From the NCBI GenBank assembly GCA_965228475.1, contig OZ245817.1, positions 736,001 through 800,000 on the forward strand: DNA of 64,000 bases. The letters are read 5' to 3'. The stretch's first letter is position 1; each line of letters opens with the position of its first letter. The notes beneath the pieces are model-generated. The model had not been told where the DNA came from. It saw only the letters and a list, made by a program, of their open reading frames with translations, and searched no databases. Position numbers and translations under genes: made by a program. This stretch comes from Myxococcota bacterium. Its GTDB lineage: Bacteria > Myxococcota_A > UBA9160 > JAFDDA01. This document shows positions 1 through 9,366 of the stretch, piece by piece.

Positions 1-569
1 GGAATCGATCGTTCGGAGAGAACCGTCTCCGGCAGGGCCCGCTCGGTGCGCTCGCCGTGGAGCTTCACGATGCGCGCCGGGTTGCCGACGGCCGTCGCGT
101 CCGCCGGGACGTCGTGCATGATCACGAACGAGTTGGCGCCGACCCGGGCGTTGCGCCCGACGCGGATCGGGCCGAGCAGCACCGCTCCGGTTCCGACGAA
201 CACGTTGTCCTCGAGGGTCGGGTGCCGCTTGCCGTGCTGCTTCCCCGTTCCGCCGAGGGTGACGTTGTGGAAGAGGGTGCAATCGTCGCCGATCTCGGCG
301 GTCTCGCCGATCACGGTGCCCGTCCCGTGGTCGATGAAGAAGCCCCGGCCGATGCGCGCGGCCGGGTGGATCTCGATCCCGGTCCAGAAGCGCGCGATCG
401 CCGCGATCAGGCGCGGAACGATGGGGACGCCGAGCCCGGCGTGCAGCCAGTGGGCGATGCGGTGCAGCCAGATGGCGTGCAGCGGGGTGTGGCACAGGAG
501 CGTTTCCGCGAGGTTCCGCGCGGCGGGGTCGTTGCGCGCCACCGCATGCAGGTCGTCGAGCCAGGACAC
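1..569 (-). CDS. cysE: Serine O-acetyltransferase (3' end runs off window)
   Basis: Manual translation from GTG at 569: MSWLDDLHAVARNDPAAR...TGIEIHPAARIGRGFFIDHGTGTVIGETAEIGDDCTLFHNVTLGGTGKQHGKRHPTL, the CysE hexapeptide-repeat signature. Absent from the ORF track because the stop lies outside the window. Confidence 0.93.
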   Translation of the reverse strand, partial: MSWLDDLHAVARNDPAARNLAETLLCHTPLHAIWLHRIAHWLHAGLGVPIVPRLIAAIARFWTGIEIHPAARIGRGFFIDHGTGTVIGETAEIGDDCTLFHNVTLGGTGKQHGKRHPTLEDNVFVGTGAVLLGPIRVGRNARVGANSFVIMHDVPADATAVGNPARIVKLHGERTERALPETVLSERSI

Positions 570-659
570 CGGGCCATCTTATAAGGTCCCGTTCTGCGGC
601 GCGAACGGCCCGAATCATCGGCCCGTGAACCCGAAGCGTGCCCCGTGCGTAGGGTGGGT

Positions 660-965
660 ATGGTGGAGCGGCTCTTCCGGCTCGGATACAAGGCGGCCCG
701 GCGCGTGGTCGTGGGCGTCGTGGGCGGCACGGTCGTCCTGCTCGGCTGCGCGATGCTGGTGCTCCCGGGCCCGGCCTTCATCGTGATTCCGGTGGGCCTG
801 GGCATCCTCGGGCTCGAGTTCGCCTGGGCCCGCCGCTGGCTGCGCAAGCTCAAGGAGACGGCCGCCGCGACCGCCTCGAAGTTCCAGACGAACGCGAACG
901 GCCCGGCAGATCCCGAGCCCGCGGTCTCCGAGACCTCGGAGCCGCCTGCTAGCCTCCGCGGATGA
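660..965 (+). CDS. Small two-TM membrane protein, PGPGW-like family
   Basis: VVGGTVVLLGCAMLVLPGPAFIVIPVGLGILGLEFAWARRWL matches the PGP(G)...L..EF.WA pattern. ATGA overlap with the next gene. Confidence 0.75.
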   Translation: MVERLFRLGYKAARRVVVGVVGGTVVLLGCAMLVLPGPAFIVIPVGLGILGLEFAWARRWLRKLKETAAATASKFQTNANGPADPEPAVSETSEPPASLRG

Positions 966-2044
966 GCTACGACCCCTTCTCCCGAGGCCCGCACCCGGTG
1001 GGCGTGATCACCTTCCGGAGCCAGGACCCCGCGCGAAAGCGCGACCTGCCGCTCGAGATCTGGTACCCGGCCACCGCCGCCCACCGCGGGCAGGACCTCG
1101 CCGAGGCGAGCCAGGCGAACTACCAGCCGATGCCGATGGCGCCGCCGAGCCTCCAGGCCGCCGTGCGCGATGCCGAGGCGCTCGCGGGCCCGCACCCCGT
1201 CGTGGCGTTCTCGCACGGGTTCGCCGGGCACCGCTGCCAGTCGACGTTCCTGTGCACCCACCTCGCCAGCCACGGCTACCTCGTCGTCGCGCCGGACCAC
1301 GTCGGCAACACCACGCTCGACGTCATGACCCAGGCGATGAAGCTCTATCAGGAGGGCGGCGGCATGCCCGGGCACGAGGACATGCTCGAGCCGATCCAGG
1401 AGATCGCGGCGCTGCGGCCGGGCGACGTCGGGCAGGCCCTCGACGCCGTCTTGAAGACCGGAGCGCCCGGTGCCCCGGAGGCCGACGCCTCCCGCGTCGG
1501 CGTCTCCGGCCACAGCTTCGGGGGTTGGACCACGCTGATGACCGCGGGTGCGGACGAGCGCATCCGGGCAGCCGTTCCCCTCGCGCCCGCCGGCGGTTCG
1601 ACCGACCTCCCCGTGGACCCCTTCGCGGATTCCATGCAGCTCGACTGGAATCGGGAGGTACCGACGCTCTACATCGTCTCGGACCGCGATTCCGTGCTGC
1701 CCCTGCGCGGCATGCACGAGCTCTACGAGAAGACCCGGGAGCCGCGCCGCATGGTCGTGCTCGAGAACGCGGACCACCAGCACTTCTGCGACAACGCCGA
1801 GCAGATCCACGAGCTCATGCGGGCGATGCCGATGCCCGGGCTCTCGGCCGGGGACGTCGCCTTCGGAAAGGACATGGCCCCGTTCTCGGAGCTCACCCCG
1901 GCGGAGGCGGCGGCGGACGCCGTGCGCGGCCTGACCCTGGCGCACTTCGACGCCGTCCTGGGCGAGCGGGCCGAGGCCGGGGACTGGCTGGCCGAAGCGG
2001 TCGCGAGACTCGCGGACCGCGGGGTCGACGTCTCCGCGCACTAG
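962..2044 (+). CDS. Alpha/beta hydrolase (PAF-acetylhydrolase/dienelactone-hydrolase-like)
   Basis: Motifs EIWYPA, FSHG, LASHGYLVVAPDH, nucleophile elbow GHSFGG, and later Asp (DRDSV) and His (ADHQHF). Confidence 0.85.
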   Translation: MSYDPFSRGPHPVGVITFRSQDPARKRDLPLEIWYPATAAHRGQDLAEASQANYQPMPMAPPSLQAAVRDAEALAGPHPVVAFSHGFAGHRCQSTFLCTHLASHGYLVVAPDHVGNTTLDVMTQAMKLYQEGGGMPGHEDMLEPIQEIAALRPGDVGQALDAVLKTGAPGAPEADASRVGVSGHSFGGWTTLMTAGADERIRAAVPLAPAGGSTDLPVDPFADSMQLDWNREVPTLYIVSDRDSVLPLRGMHELYEKTREPRRMVVLENADHQHFCDNAEQIHELMRAMPMPGLSAGDVAFGKDMAPFSELTPAEAAADAVRGLTLAHFDAVLGERAEAGDWLAEAVARLADRGVDVSAH

Positions 2045-2068
2045 CAGCACGTCGGGCGGGCCGGGCGT

Positions 2069-2590
2069 TCAGCCCCCTTCGCCCCGGACCTCGCTCGCGG
2101 GCAGCACGCGGGAGCGCAGCCGGAAGTACCAGCGGTCCTCGGACGGCTCCCAGCCCGGCTCGGGCTCCTCTTCCTGGTACTTGCGGTAGCCGGTCTTCGC
2201 CGCGTGAACACGCTCGCGCTCGTCCTCGATGCGCTCGATGGTGACCGGGTAGATCGTGTCGCCGATCCGGAGGCGGGCGCTCGGGTCCGCGGTGGCCCAC
2301 TTCGTCCAGCGCTTGCTGTCCCCCATGATCGCCGGCACGTAGATCACGTCGCCGTCCGCGAAGCAGGAGGTCGTGACCGAGTGCGGATCCTCGGGCCGCA
2401 CCTCGAGCACGCAGCGGGAATGGGCATCGCTGAAGGACCAGTCCGTGACGGGCTCGGTGTGGACGGAGCCTTCGAGCGCATCGCCCGGAATGGGTCCGCA
2501 CGGCTGGTTGCCGAGCAGCGCGGTGAAGCTCGCGACGACGAGCAGGTGGGTTCGGCCCGCCGCCGGCCGGAGCGTACGCGGGCCCTTCAT
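2069..2590 (-). CDS. Hypothetical exported protein, DUF2255/split-barrel-like
   Basis: C-terminal part of ORF 2069..2989 from ATG 2590 (ATGA overlap). Hydrophobic N-terminus, then PCGPIPG...KRW...DPSARLRIGDTIYP...KY...WYFRL. Confidence 0.6.
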   Translation of the reverse strand: MKGPRTLRPAAGRTHLLVVASFTALLGNQPCGPIPGDALEGSVHTEPVTDWSFSDAHSRCVLEVRPEDPHSVTTSCFADGDVIYVPAIMGDSKRWTKWATADPSARLRIGDTIYPVTIERIEDERERVHAAKTGYRKYQEEEPEPGWEPSEDRWYFRLRSRVLPASEVRGEGG

Positions 2591-2964
2591 GACGCCGGCG
2601 GAACGATGAACTCGAGGATGTAGCCGTCCGGGTCCTGGACCCACATCTGGCCGCGCTCGGCGCTCGGCGCCAGAACGTCGAGTCCGTGGGAGGCGAGGTG
2701 CTCCCGGGTCTTCTCCCAGTCTTCGACGGCGAAGGCGAAGTGCGGCGCGACCGGGTTGTTGCCCGGCGGCCGCGAGCCCGTGTCGACACCCTCCGGCGTC
2801 ACGATCAAGTGGAGCTCGGCGTTGCCGACCCCGTACCAGACGCCGCCGAGGCCCATCTCGGGCCGGGGGATCGTCTCGAGGCCGAGGACGCCCTCGTAGA
2901 AGGCGCGCGAGCGCTCGAGGTCGCTCACGGAGAGCGAAACGTGGTGGACGGCGGTGGGGGTCAT
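2587..2964 (-). CDS. VOC/glyoxalase family protein
   Basis: MTPTAVHHVSLSVSDLERSRAFYEGVLGL...ELHLI...HFAFAV...DPDGYILEF, with VOC metal ligands H/H/H/E. Confidence 0.88.
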   Translation of the reverse strand: MTPTAVHHVSLSVSDLERSRAFYEGVLGLETIPRPEMGLGGVWYGVGNAELHLIVTPEGVDTGSRPPGNNPVAPHFAFAVEDWEKTREHLASHGLDVLAPSAERGQMWVQDPDGYILEFIVPPAS

Positions 2965-3198
2965 CGGGTCTCCGGTGGCGCCCGCCCATGGGAGCGCAGC
3001 ACCCTCGGGGCCGTCAAGCGGAATCGCGCGAGCGCGGGGGGATGTCGCCACGGTCGGCCCCGGATCCGCTTCATCCGAACGCATCGAATCCGGGAGAACG
3101 CCGAAAGAGGAAAACTTTTCGGCACCTTCGACCGATGTTCGGTAAAACAGGGCTGCGTCGCCGACGCACTCACTTTGACGCACCGGGAGGGGGAATCC

Positions 3199-3930
3199 GT
3201 GCGATTCATCAGCAAGCTCTTCACCATCACTCTGGTCCTGTCGCTCGGGATCTCCGGCGCGGCCACGGCCGACGACATGGGCGGGAGCGGTTTCACCGTC
3301 AACCCGTCGAGTCTGAGCAGCTCCGAGCTCGACGCACGCATCGCCTTCATCGAGGAGCGCCTCGATGCCCACCGCAAGCACGCCTACTACTGGCAGTGGG
3401 GATGGACGGGCTTCTACGGCGCCGGCCTGGTCGTCCAGTCGCTGCGCGCCGGGCTCTCCGAAGACAACGAGCACCAGGCGGACTACGTCGTCTCGGCCGT
3501 GAAGGCCGCCGGCGGCGTCGCCCGCATGCTGCTCTCGCCCCACCCGGGCCGCCAGGGTGCAGACCCGATTCGCGCCATGGGCGGGACCAGCCGCGAAGCC
3601 AAGGCGCGCAAGCTCGCCAAGGCCGAAGAGCTGCTGGTGGAGAACGCCAAGGCCGCGGATCGCCGCTGGTCGACGAAGGCCCACGCGGCCAACGTGCTCG
3701 TGAACCTCGCAGGCGGCGCCATCGTCTGGGGCCTCGGCGCTCCGAGCGACGCGCTCTCCGCCACGCTGCTCGGCATCGCCGTCGGTACGGCGAACATCAT
3801 GTCCTCGCCGTGGTACGCGGACAAGGACTACGCCGAGTACCAGCAGCGCTTCGGCAACCGCACCAGCCGCAAGTGGGACTGGAAGCTCGTGCCCACCATG
3901 GGCGGCGCGGCGGTCCACGTCACGTTCTAG
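3199..3930 (+). CDS. Hypothetical secreted/membrane protein
   Basis: GGAGG SD before GTG 3199. Signal peptide MRFISKLFTITLVLSLGISGAATA, several hydrophobic helices, and a C-terminal beta-strand ending in F. Confidence 0.7.
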   Translation: MRFISKLFTITLVLSLGISGAATADDMGGSGFTVNPSSLSSSELDARIAFIEERLDAHRKHAYYWQWGWTGFYGAGLVVQSLRAGLSEDNEHQADYVVSAVKAAGGVARMLLSPHPGRQGADPIRAMGGTSREAKARKLAKAEELLVENAKAADRRWSTKAHAANVLVNLAGGAIVWGLGAPSDALSATLLGIAVGTANIMSSPWYADKDYAEYQQRFGNRTSRKWDWKLVPTMGGAAVHVTF

Positions 3931-3946
3931 CTCGCGGCGGAGCCTG

Positions 3947-3987
3947 AAAAATGACGGGGCGTCCTCGAAAGAGGGCGCCCCGTTTTC
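3947..3987. terminator. Bidirectional intrinsic terminator
   Basis: AAAAA-tg-ACGGGGCGTCCTC-GAAA-GAGGGCGCCCCGT-TTT between convergent genes. Confidence 0.75.
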
Positions 3988-4007
3988 GTTGGCGTGAGAT
4001 TCCCGGC

Positions 4008-5021
4008 CTAGAAGAAGGCCCGCCCGTGCTCTTCGCTCGTGTGGGGGTTCGGGCCGTCGAGCCGCCGGTCCTTCGAGGCCGCGCGGGACAGCACCTCCCG
4101 GTAGCCGTGCGCGACGTTCGCCCCGTCGAGGGCGCCCCGGGCGCAGAGCAGCTCGTGCATCTCCCCGAGCTTGTAGTGGGGCACGGTCATGAGCAGATGG
4201 TGCTCGAGGTGATAGTTCACGCCGTTGGGCGCGATGAACAGCCGCTCGAGCCAGTTCGCCCGCGTCGTGCGCGTGTTCTGCAGCGGGCTGCTCGGGTCCG
4301 TCGTCATGCTGTGTTCGGCGATGGCGCGGATGCGCGTCACGAGCATGTTCGTCGTGAAGAACGCTGCCAGCCAGAGCAGGTAGAGCGCCGGGTGCCCCGC
4401 CGCCGCCAGCACGCCGAAGAGCACCAGATTGGTGAGGATCATCCCGCGGAAGGCCCGCGTCGTGCCGTGGGTGCGCTTCATCTTGCCCTGCCGGAGGCCG
4501 AGGTCGCGCAGGACCGTGTACTTCGCGCGCTTCCAGCCGGTCTGGCCGGAGAGGTCCCGCCAGATCTTGCGGCGCAGGCTCGCCCGCGTGACGGGGAACG
4601 GCTGCGCGAGGTTCAGGTCCGGATCCTCCCGCGTCCAGGTCTTGGCGTGGTGGGCCATGTGGTACTGGCGGTAGGAGACGAGATCCGTCCAGACCGGGAA
4701 CGCGCAGAGCCACTCGGCGACCCAATCGTTCGTGCGCTTGTTCGAGAACAGCGAGAAGTGCGCGGCCTCGTGCATCATCACCGCCATGCCGAGCTGGCGC
4801 GCGCCGATCACGAACACCGCGAGCAGCACGGTGAGCGGATTCGGCCAGGCCGCGACGAGCGCCATCGAGGCGAAGACGAGGCCCCAGTTGACGGCCACCG
4901 AGAGCCAGGAGCGCCAGTCCTCCATCTCCCGAAGGCCGGCGAGCTCCTCCTTCGAGAGGTAGTCGCGCCAGGGCCAGGGCGAGAGCTTCTCGGCGGGTTC
5001 GGTCACGTAGACATCACTCAT
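4008..5021 (-). CDS. Membrane fatty acid desaturase family protein
   Basis: Three His boxes (HEAAH, HMAHH, HLEHH) plus EH and TM segments. Confidence 0.9.
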   Translation of the reverse strand: MSDVYVTEPAEKLSPWPWRDYLSKEELAGLREMEDWRSWLSVAVNWGLVFASMALVAAWPNPLTVLLAVFVIGARQLGMAVMMHEAAHFSLFSNKRTNDWVAEWLCAFPVWTDLVSYRQYHMAHHAKTWTREDPDLNLAQPFPVTRASLRRKIWRDLSGQTGWKRAKYTVLRDLGLRQGKMKRTHGTTRAFRGMILTNLVLFGVLAAAGHPALYLLWLAAFFTTNMLVTRIRAIAEHSMTTDPSSPLQNTRTTRANWLERLFIAPNGVNYHLEHHLLMTVPHYKLGEMHELLCARGALDGANVAHGYREVLSRAASKDRRLDGPNPHTSEEHGRAFF

Positions 5022-5890
5022 GCAGCTTCTCCGTGAGCGGCCGCGAGCGGCCGGTCGGTCATGCGGGTATCGAGGGGGGCGCGCTCGGAGAGCACGCCGT
5101 GGGCTTCCATGAAGCCGCGCCAGGCATCCCGGCCCAGGCGGTCGTAGCGCTTCATCGCGGCGACGAGGGCGCGGCGTTCGTCGCCGGGGACCAGCTCGTC
5201 GGGGAGCAGCGGGTCGAGGACGATGGCGCGCAGCGCGCGGCCGCCGACGCGGAAAGATTCGACCATCGCCTCGCCGTCCGGGAGGTCCGGCAGCCGATCG
5301 AGACCGGCTTCGATGCCCTCGCGGATTCCGCGAAGCTCCGCGGTCAGGGCTTCCGCACCCCAGAGGCTCCGGGCCCGGACGTCGCGCGCCTCGTCGAGGT
5401 CCGCGAGCCGCACGACCAGCGCCGACGGGTCGTGGCCGAGGTGGAGCAGGTCTTCGCGCAGCGCCGCGGCCCCGCCCGCCAGATTGTTCGGGCGCAGCTC
5501 GAGGCCCGCTTCGAAAGGAGCGAATCCGAGCAGCCGCCGCGCGCGTTCGTCGCGCCGTGCGCGCGCTCGCCCGCCGGGCCGGCTCGCGGCCGTCATCACG
5601 GCGACCCAGTCGCCCCGCCAGGGCACGATGCGCTGCTCGACGTCCCGCCAGCCCGAGACGCGCCGGTTCACGCCCTGGCCGGCAGCGCCGATCCGGTAGC
5701 GACCGCGCTCGTCGCGCTCGGCCTGCCCGGAGCGCAGCAGCCGCGCCAGGGCGACGCGCAGGTTGTTCTCCGGGATGCCGAAGCGCTCGCCCGCCGCGAC
5801 CAGCGCGCGCACGGGCATGGCGCCCCGGCGGAGGGTCGAGAGGAGGTCGAGGATCAGGCTCTTGGGAGACGGCTCCATGGCGGCAGACAT
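5018..5890 (-). CDS. PaaX-family transcriptional regulator
   Basis: N-terminal wHTH (LVAAGERFGIPENNLRVALARL...RG.Y) and C-terminal LDPLLPDELVP typical of PaaX. ATGA-coupled to the desaturase. Start may be 5878. Confidence 0.82.
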   Translation of the reverse strand: MSAAMEPSPKSLILDLLSTLRRGAMPVRALVAAGERFGIPENNLRVALARLLRSGQAERDERGRYRIGAAGQGVNRRVSGWRDVEQRIVPWRGDWVAVMTAASRPGGRARARRDERARRLLGFAPFEAGLELRPNNLAGGAAALREDLLHLGHDPSALVVRLADLDEARDVRARSLWGAEALTAELRGIREGIEAGLDRLPDLPDGEAMVESFRVGGRALRAIVLDPLLPDELVPGDERRALVAAMKRYDRLGRDAWRGFMEAHGVLSERAPLDTRMTDRPLAAAHGEAA

Positions 5891-5929
5891 TACATCGGAA
5901 GGTCTGGTTCTGCCATTGATGTAATGTCT
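5885..5929. promoter_or_regulatory. Long-spacer inverted repeat, candidate operator of the PaaX-like regulator
   Basis: Perfect 12-bp IR AGACATTACATC-N21-GATGTAATGTCT, AT-rich in a GC-rich background, over the regulator's start. Confidence 0.6.
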
Positions 5930-5986
5930 AGAGCCGCAGCTCCGGGCAGCCGGGTGAATTCTTGAGGAGCCCCCCGGGGAGCCGGT

Positions 5987-6640
5987 TTAGTGGAGCCAGC
6001 GCATTCCCGCCGAGGCCCCGACGCCCACGGCGTAGACCCAGAGCGGGATCTCGGTGAGGCCGCGGAAGGCGGCCGCGCTCGAGAAGGGCAGGAAGGAGGT
6101 CGCCTCGAGGTAGGCGCCGAACTCGGGGCCGCGGTCGGCCTTCATGCGCAGCTCCTGGTGCCGGCAGCCGACGATCGCGAACAGCGGCAGCCCCGCGAAG
6201 AAGGCGACGTCCGTCGCGCTCGCGTTGGCGACGAGGTGCCAGAGACCGATCCAGCCGAGGCCCATGAAGAGCGGGTGGCGGGTGATGCGGTGGACGCCGC
6301 GGACGTCCGGCGTCGCCCCGCCGGCGGTCATCGACATCGGGGAGGGCGAGACGATGCCCGCCACCATCAGGATCACCCCGACGGTCATGAGGGCGTAGAG
6401 CGCCCAGGTGAGGGCCGGGGTCATGGTGACGGTCCAGAGCCACGCGCCTTCGTGGCGGTGCCCGAGGTAGACCCAGACGAGAGGCACGAAGAAGAGGAAC
6501 GAAACGATCGAGTAGAGGACCTGGAAGCCCATGTCGCCGAAGCGCGCCACGAGCAGCGGCCGCAGTCCGTGACTCGAGAGCCACATGTGGGTCCCGGCGA
6601 AGCCGAGCCAGAGCAGGACGATCGAGAGCACCGGGGACAT
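5987..6640 (-). CDS. nnrU: NnrU family membrane protein
   Basis: FAGTH...LRPLLVARFG...LYSIVS...GVHRITRHPLFMGLGW...HLVAN, the NnrU pattern. Confidence 0.8.
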   Translation of the reverse strand: MSPVLSIVLLWLGFAGTHMWLSSHGLRPLLVARFGDMGFQVLYSIVSFLFFVPLVWVYLGHRHEGAWLWTVTMTPALTWALYALMTVGVILMVAGIVSPSPMSMTAGGATPDVRGVHRITRHPLFMGLGWIGLWHLVANASATDVAFFAGLPLFAIVGCRHQELRMKADRGPEFGAYLEATSFLPFSSAAAFRGLTEIPLWVYAVGVGASAGMRWLH

Positions 6641-6734
6641 GGCGAGCCTCCTGGGCGCAGGCCGATCATGCAGGCCCGGTCGACGCTCGCGCAAGGATGA
6701 ATCGCAGGGCCGGGCGGCCGCGCCCGGGCGCGCT

Positions 6735-7553
6735 TCAGAACCAGGCGATCCCCGCCGCCACGAAGCTCGCGCCGATCACCAGGAGGAGCGCGGCCGCACC
6801 CGCGCGCGGCGCTTCGAAGGACCCGCGGCGGAGCCTCGCGACCAGGCCGCCCCCGAAGACGCCCGCCAGGAAGACCAGCGCCGTGTAGCCGACGGCGAAG
6901 GCGAGCATGGTGACGACCGAGAGGCCCGCCACGCCCTGGGCCGAGGATGCCGCGAGGACCCCGCCGAGGAGCGGGCTCTGGCACGGCGAGGTGAGCAGGG
7001 CGAAGGTCGCGCCCGCGCCGACGGGGCCGAGGCGGGAGTTTCCACCGAGCGCCTGGCCCGCGAAGGGCACCGGCACGAGCTCGAGCGAGGCCAGCCCGAG
7101 GTAGACGAGCAGTCCGCCGACGAGGACGAGCATCGGCCCGCGTTGGGAGATCAGCACGAAGCCCGCGAGGTCCGCCGCGAGGCCGAGCACGGCGAGCGCG
7201 AGGGCCGCTCCCAGGACGAAGCGCGCCGAGAGCAGCGCCGCCCGCGCCCCGCTCGCGTCCGCGGCCCCGATGTAGGCGACGTTCAGCGGGACGAGCGGAA
7301 GCACGCAGGGGGAGAGGCTCGCGAGCAGGCCGGCGGCGAGCCCCGCCGCGGGCAGCACGAACCATGCGGCGCTGGCGACGCTCTGCTCCGGAAGCAGGCG
7401 CGCCGCCGCGAACTCGAGATCCGTCAGCAGCGAGGCGAGCGGGGTCCACCAGAGCCCGGCCGTGGCCGCCGCCAGCGCGCTGGCGGCGAGCACGAACCCG
7501 AAGGCCCGGTGTCGCCAGAGCGGCAGGGGTGCAGAGACGTCGGCGACGGCCAT
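6735..7553 (-). CDS. ccdA: Cytochrome c biogenesis CcdA/DsbD transmembrane protein
   Basis: Multi-TM protein with SLSPCVLPLVP and TSPCQSP cysteine motifs. Confidence 0.85.
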   Translation of the reverse strand: MAVADVSAPLPLWRHRAFGFVLAASALAAATAGLWWTPLASLLTDLEFAAARLLPEQSVASAAWFVLPAAGLAAGLLASLSPCVLPLVPLNVAYIGAADASGARAALLSARFVLGAALALAVLGLAADLAGFVLISQRGPMLVLVGGLLVYLGLASLELVPVPFAGQALGGNSRLGPVGAGATFALLTSPCQSPLLGGVLAASSAQGVAGLSVVTMLAFAVGYTALVFLAGVFGGGLVARLRRGSFEAPRAGAAALLLVIGASFVAAGIAWF

Positions 7554-7586
7554 GGCAGGGCTCCGCGGGCTCGACGCCCGCGTGGT

Positions 7587-8012
7587 TCAGGACGGGTTCG
7601 CGCGGGCCTCGGCCAGGGGTGCCTCGTAGCTCGCGGCGTCGGTCACGCCCTTCATCGCGGCGACCTTGCTGCGGTCGTCGCCGCGCAGCACCGCGACGGT
7701 GCCCGTGCGGGCCTTGTACTCGGCGAAGAAGGCGGCGATGCCGAGCCGGTCGGCCTCGGCCTGGGCCGCCTCGAGAGCCGGCTTGTCGGTCACGTCGAGG
7801 ATCACGAGGCGGGCTTCACTGCCGACCGTCTCCTCGAGGGCCTCCCAGGTGGCGTTCAGCTTGGTGCAGGTCCCGCACCAATCCGCATGGATCTTCACGA
7901 GGAAGGGCTTGGTGGCGTCCGCTTTCGCCGAGACTTCGCCGGCGGAGGCCTGGCCGGCAGCGAGGGCCAGGACGGCCAGGGCGAGCATTCCGGTGCGCAA
8001 GGCGATTCGCAT
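7587..8012 (-). CDS. Periplasmic thioredoxin-fold protein
   Basis: Signal peptide MRIALRTGMLALAVLALAAGQASA followed by HADWCGTC. Upstream of ccdA. Confidence 0.85.
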   Translation of the reverse strand: MRIALRTGMLALAVLALAAGQASAGEVSAKADATKPFLVKIHADWCGTCTKLNATWEALEETVGSEARLVILDVTDKPALEAAQAEADRLGIAAFFAEYKARTGTVAVLRGDDRSKVAAMKGVTDAASYEAPLAEARANPS

Positions 8013-8021
8013 TCTTCGTTC

Positions 8022-8061
8022 CTTTCGATGGGTCCAGAGCGCTTTCGATGGGTCCAGAGCG
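8022..8061. repeat. Exact 20-bp tandem duplication
   Basis: CTTTCGATGGGTCCAGAGCG x2 in the leader of the thioredoxin gene. Confidence 0.9.
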
Positions 8062-8085
8062 TCAGGCCTGGATCGCCACCCCTTG

Positions 8086-8112
8086 TACGAACGAAGGCCG
8101 GGCCGGGTTACA
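8086..8112 (-). promoter_or_regulatory. Candidate ECF-sigma promoter for thioredoxin-ccdA
   Basis: Minus strand TGTAAC-N17-CGTA resembles the AAC/CGT ECF consensus. Confidence 0.4.
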
Positions 8113-8122
8113 GCGAGGGCGG

Positions 8123-9355
8123 CTAGAGGAGGAGGCCCGCCACGCAGCCCGTCATGAAGGTGGCGAGGGAGCCCGAGAGGATCGAGGTGAAGCCCATCCG
8201 GGCGATGTCGCTGCGGCGCCCCGGGGCGACGGATTCCATCGCCCCGATCAGGATCGCGAGCGAGCCGAAGTTGGCGAAGCCGCAAAGCGCGTAGGAGGCG
8301 ATCACCGCGGTGCGCTCGGAGAGCAAGCCCTGCTCGATCATGCCGCCGAGCTGCTGGTAGGCGAGGAACTCGTTCAGCACCGTCTTCACTCCGAGGAGCG
8401 ATCCCACCTGGGTGGCCTCGCTCCAGGGGATCCCCATGACGAAGGCGAGGGGGGCGAGCAGGACCCCGAGCACGCGCTCGAGGGTCAGCCCCTCGATGCC
8501 GACGACGCTCCCGGCCAGGCCGAGCGCTCCGTTCGCGAAGGCGACCAGGGCGACGAAGGCGATCAGCATGGCGCCGACGAAGGCGCCGAGCTTGAGCCCG
8601 TCGATGGCGCCCGAGGCCGCCGCGTCGATCACGTTGACGGTGGGCACCTCGACCGTGGTCTCCGCCCCGCCCGCGGTCTCCGGCACCTCGGTCTCGGGGA
8701 CCATGACCTTCGCGAGCAGGATCGCGGCCGGCGCCGAGAGCAGGCTCGCCGTCACGAGGTGCCCGGCGAAGTCGCCGCCGCCGAGCATCGTCACGTAGGC
8801 GAAGAGCACCGAGCCCGCGACGGTGGCCATGCCCGTCGTCATCAGGGTGAAGAGCTCCGAGCGCGTCATGCCGTTCACGTAGGGGCGGACGAGCAGCGCG
8901 GATTCCGCCATGCCGACGAAGATGTTCGCGACGGCCGCGAGGCTCTCCGCGCCCGAGAGCCGCATCGTCCGCGAGAGCGCCCGGGCCATGGCGCGGATCA
9001 AGACCTGGATCACGCCCAGGTGATAGAGGACCCCGTAGAGGCTCCCCATGAAGATGATGATCGGGAAGACGGTCATCAGGAAGGACGGGCCGACGTCGTA
9101 GAGCGAGCCGAAGATGAAACGCGAACCCGCCTCGGTGACCGAGAGGATGGCCTCGGCGACGCCGTTCACCGCGGCGAAGAAGGCCCGCCCGACGGGCGTT
9201 CGCAGGAGCAGCAGCGCGAGACCGAGCTGCGCGCCGACGCCGAACAGCACCGTCTGCCACGGGAAGGCGCGCCGGTCGTTCGAGGCGAGCCAGGCGATGC
9301 CGATCATCACGAAGAGGCCGAAGCCGGAAAGGGCGCGCAGGCCGATCTCGTCCAT
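8123..9355 (-). CDS. nupC: NupC/CNT family concentrative nucleoside transporter
   Basis: SGAESLAAVANIFVGM.E, MATVAGSVL, SAPAA, KTVLNEFLAY, YALCGFANFGS. Confidence 0.93.
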   Translation of the reverse strand: MDEIGLRALSGFGLFVMIGIAWLASNDRRAFPWQTVLFGVGAQLGLALLLLRTPVGRAFFAAVNGVAEAILSVTEAGSRFIFGSLYDVGPSFLMTVFPIIIFMGSLYGVLYHLGVIQVLIRAMARALSRTMRLSGAESLAAVANIFVGMAESALLVRPYVNGMTRSELFTLMTTGMATVAGSVLFAYVTMLGGGDFAGHLVTASLLSAPAAILLAKVMVPETEVPETAGGAETTVEVPTVNVIDAAASGAIDGLKLGAFVGAMLIAFVALVAFANGALGLAGSVVGIEGLTLERVLGVLLAPLAFVMGIPWSEATQVGSLLGVKTVLNEFLAYQQLGGMIEQGLLSERTAVIASYALCGFANFGSLAILIGAMESVAPGRRSDIARMGFTSILSGSLATFMTGCVAGLLL

Positions 9356-9366
9356 GGAGACGGATT

